Source: Gammaproteobacteria bacterium
GTDB taxonomy: Bacteria; Pseudomonadota; Gammaproteobacteria; Pseudomonadales; Pseudohongiellaceae
Length of the DNA: 32,000 nt
NCBI GenBank assembly: GCA_002711845.1
Contig: PASF01000002.1
Coordinates: 1-32,000, forward strand
Direction: 5' to 3'
The notes under the pieces are model-generated. The model was not told the origin of the DNA and made no database searches. It was given only the letters and a program-made list of their open reading frames with translations. Shown here piece after piece: positions 15,547-24,240 of the stretch. Within the stretch, counting starts at the first letter, position 1; every line of letters begins with the position of its first letter. The position numbers and the translations under genes are program-made.

Positions 15547-17286
15547 TTATCTGCTCCCGATAAATTTACTCTTAAGAATAGATCTATTAATCTGACTATC
15601 AGGGTCACAATCATGCGGATAAACCCCTAAACACCCCTCTCCAAAGCTACTGTTTGCTGATTCCACTCGTTGCCCACAAAAGACGGGGTGAATGACAAGG
15701 CGATCACTATTGCATAACTGGATTGTCTCTGGCATGGAATACTCAAACTCAGCATTAATATAACCATTTGCGTCAAAATCGCCGAGGCTTCTAACGCGAC
15801 CTATCATTCCTGTTTCTATGAGACAACGCAGAAATCGATCTGGTGATACTGCTATACCATGCTTTCGATATTCCTTTAGTACGGATTTCCCTGAACTGAA
15901 ATCTTCATTCCCGCCGTAATACTTTGGCAGATCTTGGTAAGTAAATATTAACGGGATATTCGGCAGAACACGATCTCTTATAGCTAGAGCTTCCGGATAG
16001 GAGGTCCTATATGCCCCCACAATCTCGTATGCGAGTTTATCCTCCTCCTCTCGAATGGAGTCTTTAAACACATCCGCTCTAATAGGCAGCAAAGGTAAAC
16101 GCAGCATAAGGTTTCTAGAAAGCATAGCGTTGAACAGCCTTATTATCTGCCGCGGAAGGATCTGAAGATGTCTCAAAAGGTAGGCGAGGCTGTCCTCTGG
16201 AAGCCCTCTATGATTGAGAAACTCTTCGGGTAGTATCTCCTTAATGAAAACCTTGGCACCTTGTCGGTCATAAATGTTTATCTTTGCCAGTTTATTGTAT
16301 AACTCAGCAGAGACGTCATCAGAGTCCTTATAAACAAATAGTCGCAACATCATTCTATGCGCAACTAAGGATAATAACTCACCACTGGACCAATGAAGTA
16401 AGTGTAGACTTGAAAAGTCCTTTCCTTCGCTCTTTGACAAATTTCTAAAACTTAGGAACTGTTCCGCAGGAATACAGTATCTAATCTGAATATTCATGGA
16501 GCCCTTATTGTAACGACCGCATAGATTCAAAAGCCCAGATATAGCCTTTCCTTTAGCGGTGCTATCTATTGAGTTTTGTGACGTGTTTGTCATCACGTCC
16601 TCTTCATTATCTATTAGTACAATTGCTGTTCTACCCAGGCTTGCAAGTATATCAGCTACCTTATTCTGCAGATGGTCCAGTCTTTCGGCACGATTGCTAA
16701 TTAAAGAAAGGACTAGTGATGTTTCTCTTAGGTTAGGATCTCCGGAATAATAGGCTCTCAGTTTACTGTTAATCAGTGTTGTAACGGCAGATAGTCCAGA
16801 TCTAGCGAACTCCTTAGCGGTGATGAGGCTATTGAACTCATCAAGATCTCTTAATTCTTTTATCGAGGGGGCCAGTTCACGCACTATTGCACATAGAAAC
16901 ATCCATTGCCAAATGTATCCGATACGCTCAGCTCTTGGTTCTTGGCCGCAATCCATATATGTTTGAACTATCTGTTGAACTTCCTCAACTGCCTCCCACG
17001 AATTTAACTGAACGGGGAGGACATTATCTTTGAATGATATGTTATTAAGATATGTCGTCTTTCCTGACCCTTTTCGACCGACAATAATGGAAGGAGTTTG
17101 TCCCATCTTTTCGTACAGATATGGTGAATGACCATCAAATAAGTATTGGTATATTTCTTTGTTTTGCCCGCCATACAGTTCCAGAAAAGGCGAACCAATC
17201 GGCTCATCGATAGTAAATATTTCTCTTCTCATAATCGAAAGATGTTTTTCGGGTATACGCTTCCAGAAATTTCTCCTAAGACTCAT
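15547..17286 (-). CDS. P-loop NTPase, orphan ATPase of the same broad type as 2272-4164, 579 aa
   Basis: Walker A is IIVGRKGSGKTT (about 17052-17087) and the Walker B-like segment is AIVLIDNEED. The N-terminal layout parallels the 630-aa ATPase: a ~60-aa leader, then the P-loop, then a W/F-rich helix. AAGGA lies upstream of ATG 17286. The stop is only 18 nt from the IS terminus at 15528. Confidence 0.8.
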   Translation of the reverse strand: MSLRRNFWKRIPEKHLSIMRREIFTIDEPIGSPFLELYGGQNKEIYQYLFDGHSPYLYEKMGQTPSIIVGRKGSGKTTYLNNISFKDNVLPVQLNSWEAVEEVQQIVQTYMDCGQEPRAERIGYIWQWMFLCAIVRELAPSIKELRDLDEFNSLITAKEFARSGLSAVTTLINSKLRAYYSGDPNLRETSLVLSLISNRAERLDHLQNKVADILASLGRTAIVLIDNEEDVMTNTSQNSIDSTAKGKAISGLLNLCGRYNKGSMNIQIRYCIPAEQFLSFRNLSKSEGKDFSSLHLLHWSSGELLSLVAHRMMLRLFVYKDSDDVSAELYNKLAKINIYDRQGAKVFIKEILPEEFLNHRGLPEDSLAYLLRHLQILPRQIIRLFNAMLSRNLMLRLPLLPIRADVFKDSIREEEDKLAYEIVGAYRTSYPEALAIRDRVLPNIPLIFTYQDLPKYYGGNEDFSSGKSVLKEYRKHGIAVSPDRFLRCLIETGMIGRVRSLGDFDANGYINAEFEYSMPETIQLCNSDRLVIHPVFCGQRVESANSSFGEGCLGVYPHDCDPDSQINRSILKSKFIGSR

Positions 17287-17930
17287 AGTTTCACAATCCT
17301 TACTATAATTTTGAAAACAGGATCCCTTACTCTAGGGGTCGCAAACTCACCCAGATAAAAAATACACTTTAAACTTGGAGCTACGTAGCTTTCGATTTAG
17401 TGTCCATAGTCCTTTAGAAGCGGCCTAAATGCATTAACAAAGTCGTTTACATTCCTGCTATAGAACTCGAAAAAGTATCGCATTAGTTTTCTGCGTGAAC
17501 GCCTTCGACTGGAATTCCCCTAATTGTAGTCCGTCCAGATAAATCTAAAAAACCCTACCACAGTGGAAAATCCCTTATTTTAAGGCCCCTGTCGTACCCA
17601 GGCTGTTAGGTATCTCTTAGCTATATTTCACTGAGGTTAGCATTTTTAGGAGTTCAAGTATGGTGACGACCTGTAATTTATTCATGTAAGGCTCTCTAGA
17701 ACATGAGCAGCTCCAATTAATCAGGATAAAGCACCAAAAGCTTACATGATAGATAGCTACATATTTCATCTTGCCGATAATTCCGAGGTAGACCTACCCA
17801 TTTGGGTTATTTAAAACTCAGTCTATTGTCCTGTAAGGTTCAGAGGATCCGCTTTTAATAATGATCAATTTACAATATAAAGTATCTAAACGATTGAACG
17901 GTAGGTCGTTTGCACAAAAAGGTACCAGCT

Positions 17931-20900
17931 ATGTTCCGTGCTCTTCCTCTTAGCAGAATACTCCTCTCACTCGGATTGACCCTTGCGGCTGTCGACACTA
18001 CTGCAGATACAACCCTTACCGGGGAGATGGTTACGATACCATCTGGCTCGTTCCAAATGGGCAGCGACACCTTTTCTAGTCGTGAAAGACCCGTTCGCAC
18101 AGTGACGGTACCTTCATTTCTCATAGGTAAATACGAGGTCACGTTTGCGCAATGGGACGCTTGTGTGGCTGATAACGGCTGCTCCTATCGCCCTTCGGAT
18201 GAGGGCTGGGGGCGAGGCAGTCGCCCTGTTATGAACGTCAGTTATAACGATGTGGTGCAACAGTTCATACCCTGGCTAAACAGCAAAACAGGCCAGACTT
18301 ACCGTCTGCCGTCTGAGTCTGAGTGGGAATACGCAGCCAGGGCCGGCTCCACAACCGCATACCCGTGGGGCGATACCGCAGACCATGAATACGCAAATTT
18401 TGGTGATGGCACCAATGGCCGGACAAGTGGACGGGATCAGTGGCTCAACACGGCCCCTGTAGGCAGGTTCCCAGCCAATGCATTTGGTCTGCACGACGCT
18501 CACGGCAATGTTCATGAGTATGTTAGCGATTGCGTGAACAATGATTACAACGGCGCGCCAACTGACGGAAGCGCCTGGGCTCAGGGGGACTGCCAATCGG
18601 CCATTCGCCGGGGAGGCTCCTGGCAGAATGAGCCGGCACAATTTCGATCCCCTGCTCGTAGCTTTATAAGTCGAAACCTTGGCCGCAGCTACACGAACAC
18701 TGGATTTCGAGTGGCTCTAGATGTAGCCATAACCACCCCATCGAAATATCAGCTGTCCGTGAGCACTTCAGGCTCTGGCGAGGGCGCCATTGCCAGTAGC
18801 CCGACTGGTCTTAATTGCACTAGCTCATGTTCAGCTTCATTTGACTCAGGTCAGACGGTAACATTGAGCGCGAGCGCACAATCGGGTTCACGCTTCTCGG
18901 GCTGGAGCGGATCTTGCGCTAACAGTGCTGGCACATGCCAACTGAGTATGGACCGCGCGCACTCGGTCACAGCCATTTTTGAGCGTGATGATGGTCGTGC
19001 TTACTACGGGCCCAACATTTCAATATTCTATGCTGAAGAATCTATCCTGCATATTCCAAACATTGATGTGAATGGCGAGCAGTTGTGGGTTGATCTTTAC
19101 CTGCTGCCAGGTGATCGCTTCCAGATCCGTGGGGCTGGCCCCGCTCGTTCTGAGCAGCCAATTTATCCGGCCACGGTTGATCTGACCACCAGCCGCGTAC
19201 ACATCCCTTATGCCTCAATCATCGCCAACAACCAAGTGGAGTCGGTACGCTACGCACTGGATCTACAGCTACTGCCCTCAGGCAGTGAATTGTCGATCAT
19301 GAGCCTTGAAGAGCATGTGCTGACGTTCCTGAGCCTGGAGGGTAGTCAGGATGGCGAAGTCAGGGCTGTCATGATGAACCAGAAAGGCGAAAAGATATTG
19401 CTGCTCGGTGACAACGACGCAAGCGGCAACGTATCGGATCTTCAGGCGGTTGGTTTTGAGGATACGGACGGGAATGTCATGACGGTCTATATCGAGGAGT
19501 CTGGATTGCCGAGTGGGCTCGTGGTTGATGATTTTGTGTTTGCATTTTCAAACTACACAGATACAAGCGTTGATATCGTGATCACATCACCTGATGGAAA
19601 TACACAGACCGTGGATAATGCACAACTCAATGCTGCGCTGCTTGCTGAGCTGTCACCTTCCGGATCGCTCAATATCTCAAACCTTCGTACGCCGTATATC
19701 TCCGCGCTCAGCGCCAGCGAAGCGATCGGGGGCTTTGGCAGCACTTATGAATTAGGTGATGCGGCCAAACGAGTGCAAAAGACAGCAACTAGCCTTGTGT
19801 CGCTGATTTCATGTTTGAGCACAAAGGGTAGTGTAGCTTCCTATTTAGTTTCACTGGTATCTGAAACAGCAGCACAACTCATGAGAGATGCCTGTAATAG
19901 TGCTGGGATGGCGGTGGGCGAGCTGCTGACTAGCCTCTTCTCAGCTGGAATCGATGTAGCAACCCTGCCGGATAAAATCAAGAACGGCCAATGCACTGTT
20001 GACGGATATATGCTTAATTGCGGCGACTTCAGTATTGATGTAAAGACTGAGCAACTTTATCAGGACAAGTACAAAGCCGAAACCGCAGGCGTCTCGGTAC
20101 GCGGAGTAGATTCGCCCAATTACAACAAGAGCGGATCCAATTTTAATTGGCGCTCGCTTGTAGTGCAGAGTAACAGCAGCATCAAAACTCTGTATAACGG
20201 ACTAAACCGAAGCAACACGTGGCTATTTGATCGCAATCTTGCTGGCTATTCTGCCATGGTCACCCTTACTGCCAACAGAAGCTATTACCCAAGCAAGCAA
20301 GTTGCTCATGAAACACTTAAAAAGATAAACCCTAGAGATCTCTCTGGTCGTGGCAATAACATACTGTACAGCGCCCAAGCAGGCGTTATCCCAAAACCTA
20401 ACAACCCGTTTCAACAGTGGGGCTATTTGGTCAATGATCTGAATATCGCCATCGCTGTGCAAGATTACGGAATAGAGGGCCGTCCCTCGACCGACCCAAA
20501 CAGAGACGTTATTTTCCTGTCATTTGAGGGCAGTCACTCAAATTTTGATTGGGTTAGAAATGTACTCATTGAGCCGGCCAATTTTTACGGTACCGCAGTA
20601 CATGGCGGATTTGCATCGGCCGTCAGGTTTGTCATTGATGATGTGCTGCCAGATCCAAAATCCGAGTTTTTTGCCAGAGGCCTTGGCCGAGATGTGACGC
20701 TGGAGCAATACTTCCAGGGAGCAGCACGAGGTGACCACAGCCCAGTTATTGTGCTCTCGGGTCACAGCCTAGGCGGTGCGATCGCAACGCTACTGGGCGC
20801 TTATCTGATCGAAATCGGTGTTAATCCTGAAGACATCCTGGTGCAGACTTACGGCTCACCGGCGGTAGGGCGCAGCAATTTTGTGAGCAAATACAAGGGA

Positions 20901-23345
20901 TCCCTGAACGTTCGAAACTTTGTAAACAACAATGACCCGGTACCGTTTGCATCGCGCCTTTGCGGCAATTACCGGCCTATTGGCAATAACTATACATTTG
21001 CTGAGGCCGGTGGATCCCCCTCGTTTGATTTTTCTAGGCTAAGTACCTGCAAATCATTTACAGACGAAGTGGGTTTGGATACGGACAGCTCAAACCTAAA
21101 GCTCCTGCGGTACATGTCCGGGGCGAACTCCGCTCATAATCTGTTTGACGCGTATTTAAAGCAATTTGATGAGGCGCACCAATCTTTCAAATGGGCTGAT
21201 GTTGAATCTGTTAAAACGCTTACCGTGGCAAAAGGAGGAACTGGCGAGGGCGAAATAACTAGCAATCCTGCTGGCATTGTTTGCGGCAGCAGCTGCAGCG
21301 CTTCTTATACGAGCGGACAACTGATCACACTCACTGCCACGGCGGGTAGTGGTTCTACTTTCGCCGGTTGGGAGGGAGCGTGCAGTGGTACCGGTAGTTG
21401 CGTGGTGACCATGAGTGATGCAGCGTCGGTGACGGCTGTCTTTAAAACAAAAGCTATCGCTCATACTCTAAGTGTTACAACGGGTGGAACTGGTGAGGGT
21501 GCTGTCATGAGCACCCCGACTGGTATCAGTTGTGGTGCTAACTGTAGCGCTAACTTCAAAGATTCCGAGACAGTTACTCTTAGTGCTGTCGCCAATGGTG
21601 ACTCAATATTCGTTGGATGGGGTGGTGGTTGTACCTATTACCTCATGAGCACCAGTTGTTTGCGGACAATGGACGAAGACATCTCTGTGACGGCAATATT
21701 CAGAGCAACTGATACCTCAGACTCGCAGGTCATCTTGGGGCATGAAATGGTTAACATTCCAGCGGGCAGTTTTAGTATGGGGAATCATCTCGAAAGGAGA
21801 CAGAGGCCAGTTCGTACAGTTAACGTGTCAGCGTTCCGAATGGGAAAATACGAAGTTACGTTTGCTCAGTGGGATGCTTGTGTTGCCGATGGTGGGTGCA
21901 CCTTCAGCCCGCCGACCGATTCCCCGAGCTATCGTGGATACTTTCCCGTAAAAGGTGTAAGCCATAATCAGATTACTCAGCAATTCATACCTTGGCTGAA
22001 TGATAAAACAGGGCTCCAGTTTCGGCTGCCGTCAGAGGCTGAATGGGAATATGCTGCTCGAGCTGGTTCAACGGGCGACTTTCCCTGGGGAAATTATTCC
22101 TTAAGTGAAAATTTCGCAAATTTTAAGCACGAAGGGGGCCTAGATACATGGAGATACAGGGAGGCGCCTGGCGGAAGCTTTCCAGCCAATGCATTCGGGT
22201 TGCATGACATGCACGGAAATGTAAGCGAATTCGTGCAGGATTGTGGTAATTATAACTACGAAGGTGCACCTACCGACGGTAGTGTTTGGTTGGAGGCTGA
22301 GTGCACGTACGGCGTCATCTACCGAGGTGGTTCGTACAATGACTTTTCATTGTTTTGGCCATCATCTGGTCGACAAAATCAACTCCAGGATCAACGTTCT
22401 AGGACTATTGGTTTTCGTTTAGCTCTGGGCCCAGAAACGAAGAAGGAGCTGAGTTTAACTGTAATAGGAAGGGGGAACGTCAACAGCAGTCCGTCTGGTA
22501 TCAATTGCAGCTCTAGCTGCAGCACTGAATTTGATTACAACCAAAGCGTCACGCTGAGTGCATCCGCAAGCAGTGGGTCGATTTTTGCTGGATGGAGCGG
22601 CGCGAGGTGTAGTGGAACCGGAAGTTGTACGGTGACAATGGATCAAGCGAAGTCAGTGACGGCGACTTTCAATGCTCGATCCGGCGCCCGTTCCTTAAAT
22701 GTCACCAAGGCTGGCGCCGGCCAAGGTGCTGTCACGAGTAGCCCAGATGGTATCAATTGCGGAACCAACTGCAGTTTCGAGTTCGATAACAACGAAAGTG
22801 TCACACTGAGTGCATCAGCAAGTATTGGATCAATTTTTGCAGGATGGAGCGGTGCGGGGTGCAGTGGAACCGGAAACTGTACAGTGACAGTGGACCAAGC
22901 GAAGTCGGTGACGGCGACATTTAATACCAGCCAGTCAGGTGGCAATAACGAATCCTGTGGGGTCACCCCCGTAACAAAAATAAGCAGAATGTTTTTCAAT
23001 CAAAAATTTGATCTGACCACAAGTTGCTTAACAACAGGAGTCGATGGAGATTCGTTACCCACGAGATATTTTTCGTTTAACTCTGAATCCATGCTTAATT
23101 CGATCTTCGCAGTAAGTTCGTATGAAGTGGCAGTATCGTTAACTTTGTTAGAAGGTGACTCTCCAAAAAATGCTAAGGAAATAGATAGTGATTCCATGCG
23201 TGGATGCCCATCTACATCAGGAGCAGGCCGTGCTCAAATAAACGTATCACTCAAAGCGAATACGGAATACATTCTACGTGTCCGTGCCTCCGAGGAGACA
23301 TTCTTTAAGTGCGCTGATACTGGTAGTTTTAGACTGGTAAATTAG
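17931..23345 (+). CDS. Giant secreted mosaic protein: 2x FGE-sulfatase-like domain, class-3 lipase domain, 5x InlB-B-like repeat, C-terminal beta-sandwich-like (PPC-like) tail
   Basis: ATG 17931 gives a signal-like N-terminus, MFRALPLSRILLSLGLTLAAVDTTA. FGE-like domains lie at ~18020-18720 and ~21741-22430, with RPVRTV..GKYEVTFAQWDACV..RLPSE(S/A)EWEYAARAG..NAFGLHD(A/M)HGNV..RGGS. The lipase_3 core lies at ~20500-21000, with VIVLSGHSLGGAIA at 20760 and NNNDPVPF. Five GxGEGxxxSxPxGIxCGxxCSAxFxxGxxVTLxAxxxxGSxFxGWxGxCxGxGxCxVTM..SVTAxF repeats lie at ~18746-18985, 21215-21447, 21462-21705, 22446-22677 and 22689-22927. Confidence 0.85.
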   Translation: MFRALPLSRILLSLGLTLAAVDTTADTTLTGEMVTIPSGSFQMGSDTFSSRERPVRTVTVPSFLIGKYEVTFAQWDACVADNGCSYRPSDEGWGRGSRPVMNVSYNDVVQQFIPWLNSKTGQTYRLPSESEWEYAARAGSTTAYPWGDTADHEYANFGDGTNGRTSGRDQWLNTAPVGRFPANAFGLHDAHGNVHEYVSDCVNNDYNGAPTDGSAWAQGDCQSAIRRGGSWQNEPAQFRSPARSFISRNLGRSYTNTGFRVALDVAITTPSKYQLSVSTSGSGEGAIASSPTGLNCTSSCSASFDSGQTVTLSASAQSGSRFSGWSGSCANSAGTCQLSMDRAHSVTAIFERDDGRAYYGPNISIFYAEESILHIPNIDVNGEQLWVDLYLLPGDRFQIRGAGPARSEQPIYPATVDLTTSRVHIPYASIIANNQVESVRYALDLQLLPSGSELSIMSLEEHVLTFLSLEGSQDGEVRAVMMNQKGEKILLLGDNDASGNVSDLQAVGFEDTDGNVMTVYIEESGLPSGLVVDDFVFAFSNYTDTSVDIVITSPDGNTQTVDNAQLNAALLAELSPSGSLNISNLRTPYISALSASEAIGGFGSTYELGDAAKRVQKTATSLVSLISCLSTKGSVASYLVSLVSETAAQLMRDACNSAGMAVGELLTSLFSAGIDVATLPDKIKNGQCTVDGYMLNCGDFSIDVKTEQLYQDKYKAETAGVSVRGVDSPNYNKSGSNFNWRSLVVQSNSSIKTLYNGLNRSNTWLFDRNLAGYSAMVTLTANRSYYPSKQVAHETLKKINPRDLSGRGNNILYSAQAGVIPKPNNPFQQWGYLVNDLNIAIAVQDYGIEGRPSTDPNRDVIFLSFEGSHSNFDWVRNVLIEPANFYGTAVHGGFASAVRFVIDDVLPDPKSEFFARGLGRDVTLEQYFQGAARGDHSPVIVLSGHSLGGAIATLLGAYLIEIGVNPEDILVQTYGSPAVGRSNFVSKYKGSLNVRNFVNNNDPVPFASRLCGNYRPIGNNYTFAEAGGSPSFDFSRLSTCKSFTDEVGLDTDSSNLKLLRYMSGANSAHNLFDAYLKQFDEAHQSFKWADVESVKTLTVAKGGTGEGEITSNPAGIVCGSSCSASYTSGQLITLTATAGSGSTFAGWEGACSGTGSCVVTMSDAASVTAVFKTKAIAHTLSVTTGGTGEGAVMSTPTGISCGANCSANFKDSETVTLSAVANGDSIFVGWGGGCTYYLMSTSCLRTMDEDISVTAIFRATDTSDSQVILGHEMVNIPAGSFSMGNHLERRQRPVRTVNVSAFRMGKYEVTFAQWDACVADGGCTFSPPTDSPSYRGYFPVKGVSHNQITQQFIPWLNDKTGLQFRLPSEAEWEYAARAGSTGDFPWGNYSLSENFANFKHEGGLDTWRYREAPGGSFPANAFGLHDMHGNVSEFVQDCGNYNYEGAPTDGSVWLEAECTYGVIYRGGSYNDFSLFWPSSGRQNQLQDQRSRTIGFRLALGPETKKELSLTVIGRGNVNSSPSGINCSSSCSTEFDYNQSVTLSASASSGSIFAGWSGARCSGTGSCTVTMDQAKSVTATFNARSGARSLNVTKAGAGQGAVTSSPDGINCGTNCSFEFDNNESVTLSASASIGSIFAGWSGAGCSGTGNCTVTVDQAKSVTATFNTSQSGGNNESCGVTPVTKISRMFFNQKFDLTTSCLTTGVDGDSLPTRYFSFNSESMLNSIFAVSSYEVAVSLTLLEGDSPKNAKEIDSDSMRGCPSTSGAGRAQINVSLKANTEYILRVRASEETFFKCADTGSFRLVN
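22446..22927 (+). repeat. Tandem duplication inside the giant gene (B-repeats 4 and 5)
   Basis: Long near-identical DNA runs are shared, for example GGATGGAGCGG.GCG.GGTG.AGTGGAACCGGAA.TGTAC.GTGACA.TGGA.CAAGCGAAGTC.GTGACGGCGAC in both units. Confidence 0.8.
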
Positions 23346-23395
23346 ATAGGGTACTATGAGGTTACCTCCAGCCCAGTCTCACTACCGTCATGGCT

Positions 23396-23441
23396 CTAAA
23401 TACGGGGGTAAGGTTAGTCTTGACCTTACCCCCGTATTTAG
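23396..23441 (+). terminator. Perfect 19-bp hairpin 50 nt after the giant gene stop (built from an inverted duplication of the IS-end repeat)
   Basis: The sequence is CTAAATACGGGGGTAAGGT-tagtcttg-ACCTTACCCCCGTATTTAG. The right arm is the start of IRL-like copy D. Confidence 0.45.
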
Positions 23442-23470
23442 AACAATGACCTTGATGAGATTCCCAGTTA
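23421..23470 (+). repeat. IS left-end fragment, copy D
   Basis: TGACCTTACCCCCGTATTTAGAACAATGACCTTGATGAGATT aligns to copies A-C. Confidence 0.5.
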
Positions 23471-23539
23471 ACCTTACGAGTGGGTTACACAATAAATACA
23501 AGCGAATCACTGATTTCACATTGTGAAGACCAGGGAGTT

Positions 23540-23925
23540 ATACTAAGTTTCGGATGAAGATTGCTGGCGATTCAGGCGGGGAAAAGACTCGGGTTTAGAT
23601 AGCAGAGAGAAAACCGCTGAAAACACTCATTTGGGTTGAGCCTTTGCTCTTGATGTTTAAAGCTTTTTTCAACTTATGAGTAATTCGTAAGGAATTTGTC
23701 AACTTATGGTGTGAAACGGTATATTTCCATAGGCTTCATAAGCTGAAAAAAGCTAATAAAATCAATGAACGCTTATGTCACCTTATGCTTTCCCCAACAG
23801 GCAACTCATAAGTTGGCAAAATAACCCATAAGTTGACAAAGTTAAGACTGCGATCGAGTTTGAAGCCCCCTCTTCAAGCTTGGTCGCAAAAAATACATAA
23901 TTAAAACAATGGGTTGTCTGGGAAT
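23540..23925 (+). repeat. Structured non-coding repeat X1 (CTTATG/CATAAG motif array plus conserved hairpin)
   Basis: It is colinear with 26680-27050. Shared blocks include CAACTTATGAG / GTCAACTTATGGTGT / ATTTCCA / CATAAGCTGAAAAAAGCTAATAAAATCAA / CCCATAAGTTGAC, then a hairpin at 23849-23886, then AAATACATAATTAAAACAA. Confidence 0.6.
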
Positions 23926-24049
23926 TCTTCGAAAGCTCTCCCTTGCTGGCATGTTCGATAATATGAATGGCCTGACCTCCTCCCTGTTAATCGAAGCATC
24001 CTAAACTATAGATTTCTGGCAAAATCGGCTCACAGGAGGGCCATTTGTC

Positions 24050-24240
24050 ATGAAGAAAACGAAGCATACAGAGCAGCAGCTTGCTTTTGCCTTGAAACAA
24101 GCAAACACCTGTCGGCATTTTCTGCGCTTAACGTCTCGCATTCCTGGGCCAGAGTCTGGAATGACAAGCCGCCCAACATCAGAGCGACGATGATCGAAGT
24201 TAAAACGCGTAGCAACATAGGTTCTGCCGGCAGGTCGCTC
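24050..24240 (+). pseudogene. IS3-family orfA (HTH transposase) remnant, frameshifted and truncated
   Basis: ATG 24050 reads MKKTKHTEQQLAFALKQA, the typical start of IS3-family OrfA proteins. It then loses frame, with a stop at 24191. The fragment runs into the 3' end of the metallophosphoesterase gene. It is preceded at 23961-23999 by the same leader seen after IRL copy B. Confidence 0.5.

Noticed and set aside
111-23470. Interpreting the dispersed ~45-bp repeats as integron attC sites, REP elements or CRISPR repeats
   Set aside because: There are only four copies, kilobases apart, and one is inverted. They begin with TG, are an imperfect inverse of the IS right terminus, and in one case are physically joined to a transposase remnant and that terminus. 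They are therefore IS left ends. No regularly spaced repeat-spacer array exists anywhere in the window.
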